DNA of 64,000 nt from Bacillota bacterium. GTDB taxonomy: Bacteria; Bacillota; Sulfobacillia; JAJZYS01; JAILZS01. The stretch covers positions 894 through 64,893 of the forward strand of contig JAILZS010000007.1 of the NCBI GenBank assembly GCA_023512375.1. The letters are read 5' to 3'. The notes below the pieces were generated by a model. That model searched no databases. It was not told the DNA's origin and worked only from the letters and a program-made list of their open reading frames with translations. A program made the translations under genes and the position numbers. Below, piece by piece: positions 46,749 to 57,171 of this stretch (positions are counted from its first letter, which is position 1; every line of letters begins with the position of its first letter).

Positions 46749-47699
46749 TCAGCCGGTGATGATCTGGTGGGAGCGCACGCTCGTGCCGCGGAGGGTCACG
46801 ATCGCCGCCCGGAGGACGCCTTCGCCGTAGTCGCTGCCGGGATTGATGGCGAGGGTCGGGCCGATTCGCACCGCCCCGCGAGACTCGTGGATGTGGCCAT
46901 GCAGGGCGAGCAGGGGCTGGTAGCGCTCGAGCGCCTGGCGCACCGCCACCGACCCCACCGGCGCCATCTCCGGCTCGCCCCCCGTGCGCACGACGCGCAG
47001 GTCCTGGGTGAGGCGGGGGGCGTTGTCGAGCTGGCTCCGGTAGGGCGGGGCGTGGAAGTTGAGGATGAGGTGGCCGCGGTCGGCCGACGCCTGGGCGACG
47101 ATCTCCTCGATCCGCCGCGCCATGCCCTCCTCGTCGAGCTCGCGCGGGCTGTTCCAAGGCGTCGGGTTCACGTAGCTGAAGCCCACCATCTCGTAGTCGC
47201 CCAGGGCCACGGCCCGGCCGTCGTGGTTCACGGACACGGGCGAGGCGTCGAGTACGTCGTCGATGGCCAGGTCGTCGTCGTTTCCGGGCATGATGGCCAC
47301 CGTCACGCCCGACCCCTTGAGGCGCTCCTCCGCCAGCTCGATCCACCGCGCCACCGAGTCGCGCATGACGCGGCGGAACACCTCGCGCATGTACGCCTCG
47401 TCCGCCTCCAGGCGGGCGTATTCGTCCGGATCGCACACGTAGGGGTAGAAGCCGTTGACGCGGACGCGCTTCTCCAGCTCGGCCCGCTCCCCCTCGCCTT
47501 CCACCCGCACCGGCTGGCCGAGGAAGCGCGAGTCGTACCCCCCGCCGCGGCGCACGATCGGCACGAGCACCTTGCCCGTCACGTCGCCGCCCAGGACCAG
47601 CGCCTGGGCGCCGAAGAACTTCGCCGCGTTGACGAACTTGAGGAAGCAGCGCTCGGACCCGTGGATGTCGCTGGCGAAGAAGATCTTGTAGTCGCTCAC
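46749..47699 (-). CDS. Calcineurin-like metallophosphoesterase
   Basis: SDIHGS, GGDVTGK, PGNDD, HAPP, HGHIHE, INPGS. Confidence 0.88.
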   Translation of the reverse strand: MSDYKIFFASDIHGSERCFLKFVNAAKFFGAQALVLGGDVTGKVLVPIVRRGGGYDSRFLGQPVRVEGEGERAELEKRVRVNGFYPYVCDPDEYARLEADEAYMREVFRRVMRDSVARWIELAEERLKGSGVTVAIMPGNDDDLAIDDVLDASPVSVNHDGRAVALGDYEMVGFSYVNPTPWNSPRELDEEGMARRIEEIVAQASADRGHLILNFHAPPYRSQLDNAPRLTQDLRVVRTGGEPEMAPVGSVAVRQALERYQPLLALHGHIHESRGAVRIGPTLAINPGSDYGEGVLRAAIVTLRGTSVRSHQIITG

Positions 47700-48322
47700 G
47701 CCGTCGCCTCCCTGTCGCCGCCCCCGCCCGCCTCGATGCGCTCGAGGCCGATCGCGCTGGGTACGCCGCCGTTGCAGTCGTTGAGGTCCATGGGGCAGGC
47801 CGAAACCGCCACGGTGAGCGGCACGAGCGCCTCCACGACGACGTGGTCGCCGGCCCGGCTGAGCGGCCGCTCCACCGTCAGGCGCCCCTCGGCGTCGACG
47901 CTCGTGCGCATGAACACGTTCCAGGGGTCGGGCACGCGCCCGAGCTCCGGCAGCGCCGCCGCCAGGGCGTCGCGGCAGTTCGGGTGGCCCTCGTGGCCGC
48001 CCAGCATGCGGTAGCGCTCGGGGTCGCAGCACGGGTAGAGGAGGTCGTGGACGCCCACGCTGTCCTCCACCAGCCGGAGGACGGGAAGGCGGCGCGTGTC
48101 GTACAGGAGGTCGCCCGGGCCCGGCGACAGGCGCCCGAGCGCCGTGCGCGTGTGGCTCGCCGACAGCACGGCGTCGGGACGGTCGGCGACGAAGGCCACC
48201 AGGTCCGCCACCTGGCTCCCCTCCAGGTCGACGACGCGCAGGCGGTCGCCTGCGCCAAGCGAGACGCGCACCGCCGTCCCCGGCAGAATCTTCGCTCGGA
48301 AGGTTCCCTGCCTGTCCGTCAT
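47696..48322 (-). CDS. DUF1989 (urea-carboxylase-associated) family protein
   Basis: VVDLEGSQVADL, HDLLYPCC, HPNCRDAL, PWNVFM, AGDHV, SACPMD. Confidence 0.85.
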   Translation of the reverse strand: MTDRQGTFRAKILPGTAVRVSLGAGDRLRVVDLEGSQVADLVAFVADRPDAVLSASHTRTALGRLSPGPGDLLYDTRRLPVLRLVEDSVGVHDLLYPCCDPERYRMLGGHEGHPNCRDALAAALPELGRVPDPWNVFMRTSVDAEGRLTVERPLSRAGDHVVVEALVPLTVAVSACPMDLNDCNGGVPSAIGLERIEAGGGGDREATA

Positions 48323-48374
48323 GCCGTCTCGGCCCCCCTCTCCGGTCCGCCCTCGGCCCGCGCCCGCCAGCCCA

Positions 48375-50003
48375 TCACTCGGGCGGGATCTCCCGGAACG
48401 CCAGGTCGACGTCGATGCCCCGGCCGCGCTGCACCCACTTCGCCACCAGGTAGATCACCACCCCGGAGACGAGGACGGCGACGTTGACGTAGAACATGTC
48501 CCAGGTGACCACCCCCGCCCCCTTGTCGGGCGTGACCAGGATGCCGACGCCCGAGTCCGGGGCCGAGAGGTAGAAGTACTCGATGAACCCGGTGAGGACG
48601 ATGGACAGGGCGCCCAGGATGGAGATGACCGGCACCCGCCCCACGCGCCAGTTCACGGGCGAGGCCTCGAACACCTCCGGCATGCGCAGGGGGAAGAGCA
48701 CCGCCGCCACCGAGGTGATGAAGAAGCTGAGGACGAAGCCGAAGATGCCCGACAGAATCGGCAGGTGGCCGAACAGGAACAGGGCCGTGGAGGCGATCGA
48801 CAAGGCGCCGATGAGGGCCATGTTGAACACCGGCGCGTGCAGGCGCGGGTGCACCTCGCCTAGCTTGGCCGGCATCATGTGGTCGATCGAGTAGGCCAGG
48901 AGGTTGCGGCTCGGGATCATCATGTTGCCGGGAAGCCAGGTGTACGTCCAGAAGATGAAGCCGAAGGCGATGAGGCCGGCGACCAGGGCGTTGGAGCTGA
49001 GGGCGCCGACCAGCTCCGGGTAGACGGGGCTCGAGGCCATTCCCAAGGTGGCCGGGTTGGCGGCGGCGATGGCGCGCAGGGTGCCGCCGCCCACGACGTC
49101 GAGGAGCAACACCACGAGCACGAGCATGAACGCGCCCGCGAACAGGCCGCCCAGCGGCATGGCGATGAGTTGGCTGCGCCGGGCGCTCTTCACCTCGCCC
49201 CCGATGTAGGCCGAGGCGATGTTGAAGCCCATGACGAGGTACACCCAGGTCATACCCACGAGCGTCTGGCGCAAGCTGAACGGCTGCGGCCGCACGAGGG
49301 GCCCCGCGGCGCGGACGATGGCCTGATAGACGTCCTGCCTACCGGTGAGGGCGGCGGCGTAGCGGTTGAAGCCGGCGACGAAGGCGGCGTGGTCGGACGA
49401 GGCGAGGACGACGATGCTCACCAGCACCGACATGAGCGCCAGCGCGAACAGGACGTTCTGGACGCGCATGTAGGTCTTGAGGCCACGGATGAACAGGCCC
49501 ACGAAGACGATGATGAGGAACGACCCGGCGAGGAACGCCCCCAGCGGGGTGGAGAACCAGTTGCCGAGCCGGACGAGGCCGCCGGCGTGCAGGTAGACGC
49601 CCAGCACGCGGAAGAACTGGGATAGGCCGTACTCGCCGAAGTAGGCCGCCGGCGTGCCGGCGTACAGGACGTTCCAGAGCGTCCAGTTCCAGCTCCCGAT
49701 CATGCCCCAGGCCGGCCCCAGGACGCGGCTCACGTACACGTAGTCCCCGCCCGACCGGGGCATGGCGGCGGCGAACATGGCGTACACGAGGGCGGTGGGG
49801 ATCGTGGCCAAGGTGACCAGGACGATGCCGAGCGGCAGGCTGGCGCCCGGGTAGTCGAGGGCGTAGAAGAGGGCGATGAAGGCGGCCCCGATGCCGATGT
49901 TGATGAAGTTCACATTGTAGACGAAGGCGTCGAGGGTGGACGCCTCGCGCACGAGGCCGGTGGCGTCGCGCTGGAAGGTGCGCAGCTTGGGTTGGGCGCT
50001 CAC
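48375..50003 (-). CDS. APC-family amino acid/amine permease (copy 2)
   Basis: FQRDATGLVREAS, MPRSGGDYVYVSR, GGEVK, about 14 TM segments, C-terminal FREIPPE. Confidence 0.9.
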   Translation of the reverse strand: MSAQPKLRTFQRDATGLVREASTLDAFVYNVNFINIGIGAAFIALFYALDYPGASLPLGIVLVTLATIPTALVYAMFAAAMPRSGGDYVYVSRVLGPAWGMIGSWNWTLWNVLYAGTPAAYFGEYGLSQFFRVLGVYLHAGGLVRLGNWFSTPLGAFLAGSFLIIVFVGLFIRGLKTYMRVQNVLFALALMSVLVSIVVLASSDHAAFVAGFNRYAAALTGRQDVYQAIVRAAGPLVRPQPFSLRQTLVGMTWVYLVMGFNIASAYIGGEVKSARRSQLIAMPLGGLFAGAFMLVLVVLLLDVVGGGTLRAIAAANPATLGMASSPVYPELVGALSSNALVAGLIAFGFIFWTYTWLPGNMMIPSRNLLAYSIDHMMPAKLGEVHPRLHAPVFNMALIGALSIASTALFLFGHLPILSGIFGFVLSFFITSVAAVLFPLRMPEVFEASPVNWRVGRVPVISILGALSIVLTGFIEYFYLSAPDSGVGILVTPDKGAGVVTWDMFYVNVAVLVSGVVIYLVAKWVQRGRGIDVDLAFREIPPE

Positions 50004-51016
50004 GCCGATCCCCCTTTCTCCGCGCCGGCGGCGAAGGCGCGCACGCCGGCGCCGCTGTTCTTCGCCAGGACCGAGATCGCCTCGTACAGGAGGTTGGCCG
50101 CCAGAAGCGAGGTCGGGGCGCCCGGCCCGTCGTACGGCGGCGCTACCTCGACCACGTCCATGCCCACCAGGCGGTGGCCGACGAGCGAACGCACGCACTG
50201 CACGGCGTCCCAGGCGCTCAGGCCGCCCACCTCGGGCGTGCCGGTGCCGCTCGCGAACGCCGGGTCGACCACGTCGATGTCCCACGAGATGTACAGCGGT
50301 GCGTCGGCCGGCACGCCGGCCAGGATGTCGGCCATGACGGCCCGGGCGCCGCGCTCGAAGAAGGCGTCGATCGTCTCCACCCGGATGCGGTGCTCGTGCG
50401 CGAAGTCCAGGTCGTCGGGAGCGTACTGGCTGCCGCGGATGCCCGCCTGGGCGACGCTGTCCACGAGCCCTTCTTCCACCACCCGGCGCAGCCACGTGCC
50501 GTGGGTGTACTTCTTCCCCCAGTACGAGTCCCAGAAGTCCAGGTGGGAGTCGAAGTGGATGAGGTGGAGCGGCCCGTGCGCCCGCCTCAGGGAGCGGAGG
50601 ACGGGGAGGGTGATGGAGTGGTCGCCGCCGCAGATGAAGGGCACGGCGCGGGCGGCGCACAGGCGGTCCAGGTGGGCCTCCACCCGTTCGAACGTGTCGA
50701 AGATGTAGCCGGGCACGACGTCCACGTCGCCGTGGTCGACCACGTTGAGGACGTCGAACGGGCTTACGTCCAAGAACATGTTGTAGGGTCTCAGGAGCCG
50801 GGAGTTCTCGCGCACCGCGGCCGGGCCCATGCGGGCGCCGCTGCGGAAGGTGGTGGCGTCGTCGAACGGGATGCCGAGGAAGACCGCATCCACGTCGGTG
50901 AGATCCTCCTCGTACGGCAGGCGGGCGTAGGTGGCCGGCTGGGCGAAGCGCGGCGAGCGGAGCGCGTCGCGCTGGCGGATGTCGCGCCTCGGGGCGCGGG
51001 AGTCGGCTTCGGGCAT
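50000..51016 (-). CDS. speB: Agmatinase-type ureohydrolase
   Basis: GIPFD, GARMGP, GGDHSIT, HFDSHLD, HGT, SWDIDVVDP, GTGTPEVGG, VEVAP; exact substrate unproven. Confidence 0.88.
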   Translation of the reverse strand: MPEADSRAPRRDIRQRDALRSPRFAQPATYARLPYEEDLTDVDAVFLGIPFDDATTFRSGARMGPAAVRENSRLLRPYNMFLDVSPFDVLNVVDHGDVDVVPGYIFDTFERVEAHLDRLCAARAVPFICGGDHSITLPVLRSLRRAHGPLHLIHFDSHLDFWDSYWGKKYTHGTWLRRVVEEGLVDSVAQAGIRGSQYAPDDLDFAHEHRIRVETIDAFFERGARAVMADILAGVPADAPLYISWDIDVVDPAFASGTGTPEVGGLSAWDAVQCVRSLVGHRLVGMDVVEVAPPYDGPGAPTSLLAANLLYEAISVLAKNSGAGVRAFAAGAEKGGSA

Positions 51017-51055
51017 GCGTCGGTCACCTCCGTGGGCGGCGATCGGTCGGCCAGG

Positions 51056-51757
51056 TCAGGTCATGACCTCGCCGCCGTTGGGGTTGAGTACCTGCCCGAC
51101 GAAGTACGAGGCGTCGTCGGAGGCGAGGAACGCCACCGCCGCCGCCACCTCCTCGGGCTCGCCGAACCGGCCGAGGGGGTAGAAGACCACCTCGGTGCGC
51201 TCGTAGTCGGGCGGGAAGGCGTCGAGCATGGGGGTGTGGATCGCGCCGGGGGCCACGGCGTTGACCCGGATGCCGCGCGGCGCCAGCTCCCGCGCCAGGG
51301 CGCGGGTGAGGGCGATCACCCCACCCTTCGACGCGGAGTAGTGGACGAGGGCCGCCGCCCCGATCTGTCCCAGGTCGGAGGCCACGTTGACGATCGCCCC
51401 CCCGGCCGCCATGGTGCGGGCGGCGGCGCGGCAGGCGTAGAACGTGCCCGACAGGTTCACGGCGATCGTCTCCTGCCAGTCGGCGTCCGTCAGCTCGGCC
51501 GCCGGCGCGAGGCGGGCGATGCCGGCGGCGTTCACGAGGATGTCGGGCACACCGCCCAGGCGCACGCCCGCCTCCCGCCACATGGCCTCGACCGAGGCCG
51601 AGTCGGCGACGTCGACCGCCAACTGCCCGGGGCGCGGGCGGCGGTCGGCGCCCAGCGTGCGCGCCCCCTCCGCCTCCAGGCGGGCCACCACCGCCAACCC
51701 GATGCCGCCCGCCGCGCCCACCACGAGGGCGCGGCGGCCTGCCAGGCGCCCGCTCAC
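51056..51757 (-). CDS. SDR oxidoreductase
   Basis: GAAGGIG, NAAGI, YSASK, VNAVAPG. Confidence 0.9.
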   Translation of the reverse strand: MSGRLAGRRALVVGAAGGIGLAVVARLEAEGARTLGADRRPRPGQLAVDVADSASVEAMWREAGVRLGGVPDILVNAAGIARLAPAAELTDADWQETIAVNLSGTFYACRAAARTMAAGGAIVNVASDLGQIGAAALVHYSASKGGVIALTRALARELAPRGIRVNAVAPGAIHTPMLDAFPPDYERTEVVFYPLGRFGEPEEVAAAVAFLASDDASYFVGQVLNPNGGEVMT

Positions 51758-52425
51758 GGCAGCACCGCCGCCGCCCGCACGGGCGACCCGTCGCCGTCGG
51801 CGATGCGCAGCGGCAGGGCGAGGAACCAGTACCCCTCGGGCGGGAGCGGCTCGGCCGGGACGATGGCGTTCACGTACGGCACGCCGCTGTCGAGGAGCAT
51901 GTGGTCGGGGATGCGCACCCCCGGCGCCACGCGGGTCTCGCCCTCGCGCGGGTCGCAGCACAGGGCCGTGTCGGTGGCCACCAGGCGAACGCCGCGGTCG
52001 ATGAGCCACTGGGTGGCGGCGCGGGAGAGGAAGGGGGTGGCGGAGGCGAAGTCGGGCTCGAACCAGCGCCGGTGCCAGCCGGTGACGACCACCGCCACCT
52101 CTCCCGCCCTTAGGGCCTCCCCCCCGGCCGCCTCGAGCATCGCCGGGGTGATCTCGGTCAGGGGGCGGTCGGCCTCGGCCACCGCCAGGGTGCGGGCGGG
52201 GCCGACGAACGGCGAAAGGTCGATGGCGTCGGTGCCGCCGCGCTCCTCCCACCAGTGCTTGGGCGCGTCCATGTGCGTTCCCATGTGGGTGGTGAGTTCC
52301 AGCCGCATGGCGCGGTAGCCGAACTCCGCCACGGTGGCGATCACCTCGGCGGCGTACGGCCGGAACGGGTCCCCGTAGTGCCACATGCCGGGGGCGAGGG
52401 GACCGGTGCAGTCGACGACGCGCAT
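51754..52425 (-). CDS. Cyclase-family metal hydrolase (KynB-like)
   Basis: THMGTHMDAPKH (HxGTHxD), DGDGSPVRA. Confidence 0.88.
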   Translation of the reverse strand: MRVVDCTGPLAPGMWHYGDPFRPYAAEVIATVAEFGYRAMRLELTTHMGTHMDAPKHWWEERGGTDAIDLSPFVGPARTLAVAEADRPLTEITPAMLEAAGGEALRAGEVAVVVTGWHRRWFEPDFASATPFLSRAATQWLIDRGVRLVATDTALCCDPREGETRVAPGVRIPDHMLLDSGVPYVNAIVPAEPLPPEGYWFLALPLRIADGDGSPVRAAAVLP

Positions 52426-52437
52426 GCCTGGCGCCTC

Positions 52438-54030
52438 CTACTCGGGAGGGATCTCGACGAAGGCGGCGGTGACGTCGATGCCGCTCCGACGCCTCGCCGC
52501 CTTGATCACCTGGTAGGCCACGACGGCGGCGACGATGAGCGCCCCCGACACCCAGCGCATGATCGCGCTCGTGGGGTTGTTCGCGCCCAGCCCCTGCACC
52601 GGGTCGAGCCACAGGATGGCCTCCATGTACACCAGGGCCACGAGCGCCACCGCCCCCACCCAGGTGATGACGGGCACGCCCAGCAGGCGCCCCTGGAAGG
52701 GCGAGCCCCGGTACAGCTCCGGCCGCCGGTAGGGGAAGACGAGGGCGGCGACGGCCGCGATCATGAAGCTGAGAAGCCAGGTGAAGATGCCCGACAGGAG
52801 CGACAGGATGCCGACGGCGTACAGGATGAGGCTCACCTCGCCCAGGACGGCGACGATGGCGATCGCCACCGTGGGGGCGTGCAGGCGCGGGTGGACGTCG
52901 GCCACCCGGTCGGGGATCAGGCGGTCGATCGACCACGCCAGGAGGATGCGGGTGGAGGCGAGGAAGTTCACCGGCAGCCACACGTACGTCCAGAAGAGGA
53001 ACAGCACCATCATGACCACGCCCAGCCAGCCCGGGCCGGCGGCGATCGCCGCCAGCTCCTGGTAGTAGGGCACGAAGCCCAGGCCGTAGGTGGACGGCGC
53101 CACCGACCCGCTCGCCTCCACGAAGCGAAGGCCGGCGGTGTGGAAGACCGCGGCCGCGAGGAGGGCCATGACGATGCCGGTGAAGACGATCGGCGTCGTC
53201 ATGCCGTAGAACTGGCTGCGGCGGGCGCTCTTCACCTCGCCGCCGATCATGGTCGAGGTGACCGAGAAGGCGATGATGAGGATCACCCACGAGGAGAACA
53301 ACAGCGTGTTGCCCAGGCTGAACCCGGCGGCGTGGGTGCCGTAGGCGTGCATGATCGCCGCGTAGGCGCCCGCCTTGCCGCCCGCGGCGACGACGTAGCG
53401 GTCGAAGCGGGAGACGAAGGCGGCGTGCGGCGTGGAGAAGAGGACGGCGATCATGAGGAGCGCGTTCACCATGGCCAGGAGGAAGGCGATGTTCTGGATG
53501 CGCATGTACAGGCGGACGCCGCGGACGAAGACGTACGTGAAGACGGCCATGAGGACGGTGCCTACGACGATGATGCCGACGGGCGACTCGACCGACCCGG
53601 CGAGCTGGAGGACGCCCCGGCTGCCGGTCACCACCGCCAACACGCGCAGGAGGGGCGCGACCCCGTACTGGGGCAGGAAGCCCGCCGGCACGCCGATGTA
53701 CACGAGCAGCCAGAACAGCCAGTTGAACGAGGTGAAAAAGCCCAGGCCGGGGGTGAGGATGCGGCTCACGAACACGTAGTCGCCGCCCGAGCGGGGCATC
53801 GCGGACGACAGCATGCCGTACACGGCGGCGACGGGGATGGTGGCGGCGACCGTGAGGGCGATCGCCAGGTAGGGGCTGACGCCGCTGTACAGACCCAGGA
53901 ACCCGAGTACGAACAGCGCGCCGATGCCGACGTTCTGGTTGAGGGTGTTGTAGACGAAGACGTCCAGGCCGCTAGCCTCGCGGGTCAGGCCGGTGGCGTC
54001 GCGGACGAACACCTTGGGCGCTGCTGCCAT
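52438..54030 (-). CDS. APC-family amino acid/amine permease (copy 1)
   Basis: FVRDATGLTREAS, MPRSGGDYVFVSR, GGEVKSARRSQ, C-terminal FVEIPPE; RBS GAGGAGG. Confidence 0.9.
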   Translation of the reverse strand: MAAAPKVFVRDATGLTREASGLDVFVYNTLNQNVGIGALFVLGFLGLYSGVSPYLAIALTVAATIPVAAVYGMLSSAMPRSGGDYVFVSRILTPGLGFFTSFNWLFWLLVYIGVPAGFLPQYGVAPLLRVLAVVTGSRGVLQLAGSVESPVGIIVVGTVLMAVFTYVFVRGVRLYMRIQNIAFLLAMVNALLMIAVLFSTPHAAFVSRFDRYVVAAGGKAGAYAAIMHAYGTHAAGFSLGNTLLFSSWVILIIAFSVTSTMIGGEVKSARRSQFYGMTTPIVFTGIVMALLAAAVFHTAGLRFVEASGSVAPSTYGLGFVPYYQELAAIAAGPGWLGVVMMVLFLFWTYVWLPVNFLASTRILLAWSIDRLIPDRVADVHPRLHAPTVAIAIVAVLGEVSLILYAVGILSLLSGIFTWLLSFMIAAVAALVFPYRRPELYRGSPFQGRLLGVPVITWVGAVALVALVYMEAILWLDPVQGLGANNPTSAIMRWVSGALIVAAVVAYQVIKAARRRSGIDVTAAFVEIPPE

Positions 54031-54171
54031 CGCGCGGTGGCCTCCTCTCGCGATCGTCGGGACAAGAGCGCGGACGGCGCACGGGGCGGCGCGCGCTCCC
54101 CGCCGGGGGTGCCGCCCGCGCCCCCCGAGACGCGCCCGCCGCCGCCGTCCGCCGTCACCCCCGTCCCCGCC

Positions 54172-55680
<1,509 letters not shown>

Positions 55681-55711
55681 CCGGCCGTCCCCCCGTCTCC
55701 GCCTCGGTTTG

Positions 55712-57037
55712 CTAGCGCGCGCCCGCCGCGCTGTGGGCGCGCGCCTGGGATTCGGCCTCGGCCACCGCCTCGGCCACGGTCGCCACCACCCGCTCCAGGT
55801 CCGCCTCCTCGATCACCAGCGGGGGCTGGATGCGCAGGACGTTCCCGCCCATGCCGCCCACGCCGATGAGCACGCCCCGCTCGCGCGAGCGCTCCCGCAC
55901 GGCGCGCGCGATGGCCCGGGCCGGGGCCTTCGTCTCCCGGTCCTCGACCAGCTCCACGCCGATCATGAGCCCCAGTCCGCGCACCTCGCCCACCGTCTCG
56001 CACCCGGCCAGGGCGTCGCGCAGGCGCCCGATGGCGCGCTCGCCCAGGGCCGCGGCCCGCGCCGGCAGGCCCTCCTCCTCCATGACCTCGAGGTTCGCCA
56101 GGGCGGCGGCGCAGGAGACGGGGTTGCCGCCGAAGGTGGACAGGTGCTCGCCCGGCTTGAGGGCGTCGGCGATCTCCGGCCGCGCGATCACCGCGCTCAG
56201 CGGCAGGCCGTCGGCGATGCCCTTGGCCATGACGAGGATGTCCGGCTCGACGCCGCTGTGCTCCACGGCGAACAGGCGGCCGGTGCGGCCGAAGCCGGTC
56301 TGCACCTCGTCGGCGATGAACAGGATGCCGCGCCGGTCGAGGATCTCCCGCACGTACCGGAGGTAGGCGGTGGGGGGAACGATGATCCCCCCCTCGCCCA
56401 TCACCGGCTCGGCGATGAACGCCGCCACGTCGTCGCTCGTCTGGGTGCGGATCGTCTCCTCCACCGCCGCGGCCGCCTCGCGCGCCACCTCCTCCGGCGT
56501 CGCCGGGTGGGGCCACCGGTAGGCGTAGGGCGCGGGCGCGAACGCCACCCCGGGCATGAACGGGCCGCCGCGCCGGCGCCGGAGCGAGTTGCCGGTGAGG
56601 CTCAGGGTGGCCAGGCTGCGGCCGTGGAAGGAGTGGGTGAGGGAGACGAACTCGTGCCGGCCCGTGTACGCCTTGGCCATGCGCAGCGCGGTCTCGATCC
56701 CCTCCGCCCCGCCGTTGCCGAAGAAGGTCTTCCGAAGCCGCCCCGGCGTGACTTGGGCCAGGCGCTCCGCCAGCTCGGCCACCACCGGCACGTGGTAGGT
56801 GTAGCTCTGCACGTGCAGGTAGGCCTCCATCTGGCGGCGCGCCGCCTCCACCACGCGCGGGTGGGCGTGGCCCGCGTTCACCACGGAGATGCCCGAGAAG
56901 GCGTCGACGTACTCCCGCCCGTCCTCACCCCGCACCCGCGCTCCCCGCGCCCACACCGGCACCACGGGCTCCACCCGCTCGACGAAGCTCGTGGCCACGA
57001 ACTCCCGGTACCTCTCCTCCACCGTCCGATCGGACAT
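55712..57037 (-). CDS. Class III PLP aminotransferase (omega-amino acid/diamine)
   Basis: SFHGRS, AEPVMGEGG, ADEVQTGFGRTG, MAKGIADG, STFGGNP, VRGLGLMIG. Confidence 0.92.
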   Translation of the reverse strand: MSDRTVEERYREFVATSFVERVEPVVPVWARGARVRGEDGREYVDAFSGISVVNAGHAHPRVVEAARRQMEAYLHVQSYTYHVPVVAELAERLAQVTPGRLRKTFFGNGGAEGIETALRMAKAYTGRHEFVSLTHSFHGRSLATLSLTGNSLRRRRGGPFMPGVAFAPAPYAYRWPHPATPEEVAREAAAAVEETIRTQTSDDVAAFIAEPVMGEGGIIVPPTAYLRYVREILDRRGILFIADEVQTGFGRTGRLFAVEHSGVEPDILVMAKGIADGLPLSAVIARPEIADALKPGEHLSTFGGNPVSCAAALANLEVMEEEGLPARAAALGERAIGRLRDALAGCETVGEVRGLGLMIGVELVEDRETKAPARAIARAVRERSRERGVLIGVGGMGGNVLRIQPPLVIEEADLERVVATVAEAVAEAESQARAHSAAGAR

Positions 57038-57133
57038 GCCCCCACCCCCGTCGTCCCAGGCCTTTGGGGGTGGCAATATTCTGTCGCCGGACAGCGCCTC
57101 CTCCCGTCCGGTGATTGACGAATTGTTCCCTTT

Positions 57134-57154
57134 ATGTCATGAACTGCATGACAT
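57134..57154. promoter_or_regulatory. Perfect inverted repeat in the divergent promoter, candidate PucR-family operator
   Basis: ATGTCATG-aactg-CATGACAT in an AT-richer intergenic stretch. Confidence 0.55.
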
Positions 57155-57171
57155 CCCGTTTGCGGGGGAGG

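Noticed and set aside
46009..47699. CBASS/AbiE-type defence reading of the NTase-phosphoesterase pair
   Set aside because: Host-like GC, embedded in a catabolic operon, and no effector, HEPN or antitoxin partner
54031..54171. Guanidine riboswitch sought ahead of the permease/ureohydrolase/DUF1989 genes
   Set aside because: No paired ACGR hairpins or ykkC consensus seen; only generic GC hairpins
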